A stretch of DNA of 64,000 bases from Callorhinchus milii (taxonomy: Eukaryota), in NCBI RefSeq assembly GCF_018977255.1, contig NW_024704743.1:95296001-95360000 (forward strand), written 5' to 3'. The position numbers and the translations under genes are program-made. The notes under the pieces were generated by a model that was not told where the DNA came from, ran no database searches, and worked only from the letters and a program-made list of their open reading frames with translations. Shown one piece after another: positions 57,418 to 64,000 of this stretch (its first letter is position 1; every line of letters starts with the position of its first letter).

Positions 57418-59195
57418 GAATGTAAATTGTATTGTATTGTATCAAATCCTGGATGAGCATCAATTTGCTGTAGCTTAACGTGGATAAAGATGGAAGCCAT
57501 CCTCCATTCTGACCAATGTCTTCTCACTTCCGGCTCTCACTTCCTCAACCTCCCCGACCTCTCTCTCAAATTTATTGAACCAATGTGCAATCTTGGCATT
57601 CAGTTTAACCCTCAACTCTCCTTCCTCCGTTACATTTAGTACCTAACTGAGACTGCTTTTCTGCTCCTCCATCACATTGCCCACCTCCACCCTTATCTGA
57701 CATCAATGCTCTGACCCTTCTTTACAGTTTTGTCACTTCACGCCTTGACTCTTCTAATGCACTTCTTGTTGGTCTCCCCAGTTCCTAATTGCCTGCTGTG
57801 TCACCTAAATACAATCAAATCCTGTGAAGCATTTTGAGGCATCTCAATGACATGATAAAGCATTCTTTATTATTGTACATGAAACTTCTGTGTGTTTTCC
57901 TTCAGAAAACATTAAAAAGGAGTAAGCATGCCTCAAATTTTAAAAGTTTTTATCTAAATGTACATAAATGTACATCCAAATGTACATAAATGTTTTAACA
58001 TTCTGATACAGGTTGAATGTCATCTGTTCTTTCCAGACTTCATCTTCTCAGTTTTGATTTGTAAGGTGATTAAATGATGATGGTAGTCATTTTATAATCG
58101 ACATATTTTATGTCCTGATGAATGTTTCTGTATGCAGAATACCATTTTTGTATGAAGATGGTTCCCTTTTAAAGTTAAGAAATGCACATGAGCAGTATAA
58201 AATTAACAAATGTGCCATTTTGATAGCTACAAAAATTGATGCTGTTGGTTACTTTGTTTCATATGAAAATAATGGAAGTTGTCTAAATTGCTGTACAATG
58301 CAATGTGATAAAACCAAAGTTTTGAAACTACTAATCAATCTTTCCTCCCTTTCTCTTCCATCGTAAGGTTTATGTTCACGCACTTTATACCAATATACAA
58401 ATATCTCATTTTCTGGAATGACACAAAACAGAAATGTTTCTCTCTGTACAGAGCAATGATGCAAAAAAGTACTTTATTTGCATCACCAAAGATCTATCTA
58501 TGTTTGTCTCAATATGTAAAACAGTCGCAAAAAAGCTTCCCTACTTCTCTGAACTCGTACCCCGCTCCTGTGCTAACATAAGCCTCCTGCACCTCCCCAA
58601 CCCCTCTGAACCACCATCAAAAAGCATGTCTTGAGCCATTCTGCCCCTAACCTCTGGATTTCCCAACCTCAATCCCTCTACCTTGGCCCTTCTTCATCTA
58701 TCTTTAAATCCGTCCTGAAAACCTACCTCTTCGATCGTGGCAATTGTTACCTGCCCTATCTCCCTTAAATGGCATCCAACCCAACCCAAGCCTTGTTCTT
58801 TGACTCTCCATGATGAGGTAAGCAGGGTGCATCCCTCCAAAAACATACATATTTTGAACTCTCCATAGTTTAATTTTGATACTCTTAAACGTGTTTATGG
58901 GTTTATGCATATGTCAGACACCTGGCTAACCAAAAATCATTTTAATGGTCTTAGAATACATGTAAACTTGGCTCAAGTTGGTAGCACTCTGGATCAGGAG
59001 ATTATGAGTTCAAACTCCGGGTTAGGACTTTGAGCTCATAGCCTAAGCTGACACAGCACTACAATACTAGAGGAACACTGCACCATCGAAAGTATTATCC
59101 TTTGGTTGAGACATTAAATTGAGATCCTTGTTCATAACACAAATTTAAAAAGTAATAGAGTTTCTCTATGGAGTATGCTGGCTAACAAGGTTACA

Positions 59196-59749
59196 GATAA
59201 ATTGATCATTCACTTCATGGACCTTCTTGTTTGGAAAGTTGTTGCCATATTTGCCTACAAGCACACAATTGAATATCTTATGAATAACTTTAACACATTT
59301 TGATGAGGGAACAATGCAGCTCCTTATTCAAAAACATTGCTCCTCTCAAACGGTATTATTTCACCATTAACCATTATTTCACCATTAACACACACTCCTG
59401 ATTCCCAACAGGTCTTCAACATCATCTATAAAACCCTTCACACCCAGCAACTCCTTATCCCTCTGATTTTCACATATTCCGCTCTTCTGCTCACCCTGTC
59501 TGCTTTGTCCCCAGCCCTACCATTGGTTGGCTGAACTTTCAGCTAGTAAGCTCTTGAACCTCTGGAACTCAATCCCTCTGTACTGATAAATTGATCATTC
59601 TCTTCATGGACCTTCTGGTTTGGAACGTTGCTGCCATGTTTGCCTACAAACACACAGTTGAGTATCTTATGAATAGCTTTAACACATTTTGATGAGGGAA
59701 CAATGCTGCTCCTTATTCAAAAACATTGCTCCTCTCAAACTGCATTATT
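59196..59749. repeat. ~165-bp direct duplication (59196-59360 and 59585-59749) around a LINE fragment
   Basis: Two copies, roughly 90% identical by eye. Confidence 0.85.
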
Positions 59750-60267
59750 CCTGCTGTGCGCAATTGGCTGCCACGTTTCGCCCACAAATATACAGTCAAT
59801 TCACTTTACAGCATATTCTGTGAAGTGCTTTGAGACGACTAGAAGACGTGAAAAGCGCTATATCAAATGCATGGATTATTATTATTATATTATTACTGGT
59901 ATTTGTCATACTTCGGAACAGCAATGCCTTTTACAGTCTCTCACACAGCTCATTAATCCTGACTGTGATTAATGCCTCTTAACAATGCCTTTTTCTAACG
60001 TCTTCAGATCAAACACAACGAGGCTGGGTGTAACTGTTTTGCCAGCAGCGCTCCAGTTGTAGGCTAAACAAGGTGCTATATATGTATCTATGCTGACTGA
60101 TGACATAATTCCAAGTGGGCAAACTAGATCTGAGCTGGAAATGTGGATATACCAACAGAGATGCAATACAATACAATTTACATTTATATTGCGCCTTTCA
60201 AATCAGCATGATATCTCAAAGCATCTCACAGTGCTGTTGAGATCTCAGCATCAAAAAGCAGGAAGTA

Positions 60268-60990
60268 CAACAACAAAATTACATTTGTATAGCGCCTTTC
60301 ATGTCGGGAGGACGTCCCAAGGCGCTGGACAATCAGTGTTTCGGACCCGAGCTGAGGATCGAGGAAGGTTCAGGTTAGGGAGGGAAAGAGGCTGACTGAA
60401 GCCACTGTCGAAGTGAAGGGTCTTGAGAAGGGTCTTGAAGGAGGTAATGGAGGGGGTGAGGTGGCGGGTCTGCGGGATGGACTTAAAGAGGATGAGGCCA
60501 GAGTGGCAGAAGGCCCGTCAATGGTAGGGCGGGCGAGGCATGGAACCTGAAGCAGGCCGGAGCCCGCTGAGCGGAGGGAGCATGCAAGTTGGTAGGGAGT
60601 TAGGCGGTTGCAGAGGTAGGGGAGAACAAGGCCACGAAGGGCTTTGAAAGTGAGGACTGGGATCTTGAACTGTATCCTTTGTGTGATGGATTTGGGCAAG
60701 GATGGGGATGATAGGGTCGCGGAGCCTGGTGCGGGAAAGGACACGGGCTGCAGAATTCTGGATTATCTGCAACCTATGGAGGGCGGAATGTTATGAATGC
60801 GTGTATGAGGGACTCGGGCCTGCGGTGTGAGACAGTGGCAGGGCTGGGAAATGTTGCAGAAGTGGGGGAAGGCAGAACAGGTCATGGCACGGATGTGGGG
60901 TAGAAGGATAGTTGAAGGTCAAACAAGATGCCAAGGTTCCAGACTGGCTTGGTGAGGTGGAGTGTGCATCCTTGCCAAAGGATGGTGATA
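60268..60990 (-). mobile_element. L2-type LINE fragment
   Basis: QIIQNSAARVLSRTRLRDPI and IQFKIPVLTFKAL.GL..PYL motifs; (CAA)n tail. Confidence 0.9.
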
Positions 60991-62160
60991 CCCAAATGGC
61001 AGCATCTTTTTGCTGTTCCTTCGATCCCCAGACATATTCGCTAAAGTTGTTATGAGTATATGAATGAGAGTTAGCGCATTGCTGAGTTAGTTAATCTAAA
61101 CCGGGGTGCATTGCAATTGACTCCAATTGGAGTGAGGAGAAAATCAGTCACATTTCTGTCTTAATTTTATAGCAAAATATGAAGAACTGCATCCTTACAG
61201 CAGGAAAACTGAGTTTAAGTGGTTTATGAAGAGGTGGAAAAAACAACAAACATGTAATTTGCCTCTACATTCATAGTACTAAGTGAACAGTCAGTGGAGC
61301 AATAATATGGCAATGTTAGCATTGTTTTCCTATGCTTAACATAACAATCAGTCTGGCATATAAACCACTTAACTAAAACTACATATGTCACCATAAAAAT
61401 ACTTAATTCTACTGAGTTCTGAGTGGCTTATTGTTTGTACAGGTACTTGACTGATCACATGCTGATTGCAGCTGCCGTTGTTTGAACTGAGCATGGGGGC
61501 ATGCTGCACACAAGCTAAGTAAAGATGCTTCATCATAGTTTGAATTTTCTGCTTAGCATAATTATTTCTGTCCTACCCACAGCACTGAGATAGCCTCAGT
61601 CAAAGTCACGAGTGACATCATCTATCTCTCTAAAATACTCCAAGACGTTACTCTATGTGGAGGGTATCATACTAGTCAAACTTCCTTTGTAATTGGCAAT
61701 TTAACTTAGAAAGAAGAAATAAAGAACTTGGATTTTTATAGTGCCTTATCACTTTCAAATATTTCAAACACGTCACAAAAATCACTATCAAGTTTATACA
61801 TAATATATATATATGCAGTATAAATAATAATCCTTACATTTGATATAGCGCCTTACCACATCTTCAAGACGCCTCAAAGCGCTTTACAGAATATAGTGTA
61901 AAGTGAATTGACTATATATTTTGTGAGCGAAATATAGTATTACATACCGTATACATATATAGGCAAACTTGCAAGCCATTTTCTTCACAACACCACTTGC
62001 ATTTATATAGCGTTCTTCACGCGAGGTAGCATTTTGGAGCGCTTCCATAAATAACCACAAGCAAATGAACAATTCATCTGAAGGATACTTTAGTTTCTAC
62101 TTGAGGACAGATAATTGGGAATTTGGATTAACATCTCAACTGAAAACTTGTGTCTCTGAC

Positions 62161-62477
62161 AATAATAATAATAATCCTTGCATTTGATATAGCGCTTTTC
62201 ACGTCGGGAGGACGTCCCAAAGCGCTTCACAGAACATACTGTAAAGTGAATTGACTGTATATTTGTGGGCGAACGCGGCAGCCAATTGCGCACAGCAATG
62301 TCCCACAGCAGTTGTAGATTGAAAATGACCAATTTATTATTGTTTTTGGTTTTGGAGGGATTATTATTTGGCGTGTGGAGTAAGGAAACTTGCCCAAGGT
62401 TTCGCCCTCTGCCTGGAATTGAACTCAGGTCTCTCACTTGCAAAGCGAGTGCTCTAACCACTGAGCTACAGGACTCC
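62161..62477 (-). mobile_element. Young full-length tRNA-Ala-headed SINE
   Basis: Reverse complement of 50622-50940, near identical. Confidence 0.92.
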
Positions 62478-63180
62478 AATGCAGGTCTTCTCAAAGACTA
62501 CAATGGAATAACAGCCTAGGATGTGAACTCAAAGTCCCACGATATGGCTTCTGACCTAAAGATGCTACCATTTGATCCAAGCAGACACCAACTGAGCCAA
62601 GCTGACAGGCCTGTCAGTAGGTTTGTATAGGACCGGTGTAATAGAAAGCCATATCTTTGAGGAATTGCCCTCCGTTTGTAAGCTGCTCAAAACTATGCAA
62701 AGAAGGACAATTTTTGAAAGTGGTACCTATTCATTTACTGTTGCCGTGGACTGATTTTAGTAGGTTGTCTACATTCCTTCTAAGATGTGTAAATATATTT
62801 GTTTAGCCAATAGACCTATGCTGGCAACAGATATTATTTATGATATATATACAGTACTAATAATAAAGAGAAACCCTGGTATCATAGGCAGGTTTTAATA
62901 AACAATTCATTTTTATGCCTCTGTATTTGTAATACAAAGATTGTTTCTTGGAGTCAGCCATGGAATTCTTATCCCTCATACTGCCTGGCTCTGCGAGAAG
63001 CACTCATGCTTCTGTGTCAATAGGTTGGAGGTTCAAGTCCTATATCTGGATTTGAACTCACATAGCTCTAAGCTGACACTCCAGTGGAATGTTGGAGGTG
63101 TATTACATTATCAGAGGTGCTATCCTTTGGATTTAATGTTAAACCAAGGTCCCATCCGCCTATTCAGGTGGACATTCAAG

Positions 63181-63509
63181 ATAATAATAATAATACTTGC
63201 ATTTGATATAGCGCTTTTCACATCTTCATGCTTCACAGAATATGCTGCAAAGTGCAAAGTGGGCAAAATGCGGCAGCCAGTTGCACACAGCAGTGTCCCA
63301 CAAACAGTCATGGATTGAGTGACCACTTTTTTCAAGGATTATTATCCCTGGAAAAGCAATCCGCCAATCGACTAACAACCAGGTTCTTAATTACTGCTAG
63401 GTAAACAGAGGTGTGTGGAGTAAGGAAACTTGCCCAACATTTTGCCCTGCCAGGAATCGAACCCAAGTCTCTCGCTTGCGAGGCGAGTGCTCTAACCACT
63501 GAGCTACAG
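63181..63509 (-). mobile_element. tRNA-headed SINE (long-body subfamily) nested in a Deu-SINE
   Basis: (TAA)n tail and tRNA head; Deu-domain sequence on both sides (63010-63180 and 63512-63720). Confidence 0.8.
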
Positions 63510-64000
63510 AATGCCATAAGATCCTTTCGCACTAATTGAAAAGCAAAGGAAGTTTCTCCCAATGTCCTGGTCAGAAATCCTGACCAAATAAAATTGTTCA
63601 TTCGTTTGTGGGACATTGCCATGCAATTGAGCTGCAGCGACTGATACAGTCACTACACTTCACAGTTAAACCTCTGAAGCTCTTTTAGACGTCCTCCCAA
63701 CATGGAAAAAGAGCTTTACCAAATGCAAAAATTATTATTATGGTAGTGGTGTACATTTAGAGCCCAGACTATATATGCTGTTATTTATTATTAATACAAA
63801 AAGAGAAGGGAGTTTCTCCTGGTGTTCTGGCCAACAATTTCCCAAATAAAATAGGTCATTCACTCAATGGCTCAATTTGTGAGTCATTACTGTGTGCAAA
63901 TTGGCTACTGAATTCATATACAACAATAACAACAAGATTAGATTTGTATAGCGCCTTTCACATCAGGAGGACGTCCCAAGGTGCTGGAGAGTGTACAGGG

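Noticed and set aside
57955..57995. AAATGTACAT tandem repeat
   Set aside because: Short simple slippage repeat with no further structure

Overview
Eukaryotic, repeat-rich vertebrate DNA. The L2/CR1 LINE tails, Deu-domain SINEs and Penelope-type termini look like those of a cartilaginous fish (inference). Main contents: (1) one intact single-coding-exon gene for a secreted leucine-rich-repeat protein (probable CDS 2075-3307, +; CPN2/GP5/LRRC15/LRG1-like architecture, no symbol assigned). (2) A ~23 kb tandem tRNA gene array (~5.0-28.4 kb) built from ~450-640 bp monomers, each ancestrally carrying a convergent tRNA-Arg(ACG)(+) / tRNA-Ala(-) pair. Its core (9741-~22600) is a near-identical 2841-bp five-monomer higher-order repeat with 2203-bp and 1659-bp recombinant variants. 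The array holds 9 identical Arg(ACG) genes, 9 identical Ala(AGC) genes, several anticodon-shifted Ala(TGC) copies and many pseudogenes. Its edges are degenerate, and a one-ended hAT/Charlie transposon, an inverted block and a 25-N gap interrupt it. The array is bracketed by a ~300-bp inverted homology and has three CTCF-like motifs at its right border. (3) 29-64 kb is mostly LINE/SINE debris with no recognisable intact gene. It includes a young tRNA-Ala(TGC)-headed SINE with an L2-type tail, a decayed Penelope hammerhead motif and an unidentified decayed coding-like tract (~50.9-51.6 kb). Most ORFs in the supplied track are spurious. Coordinates were counted by hand and repeat boundaries are approximate.
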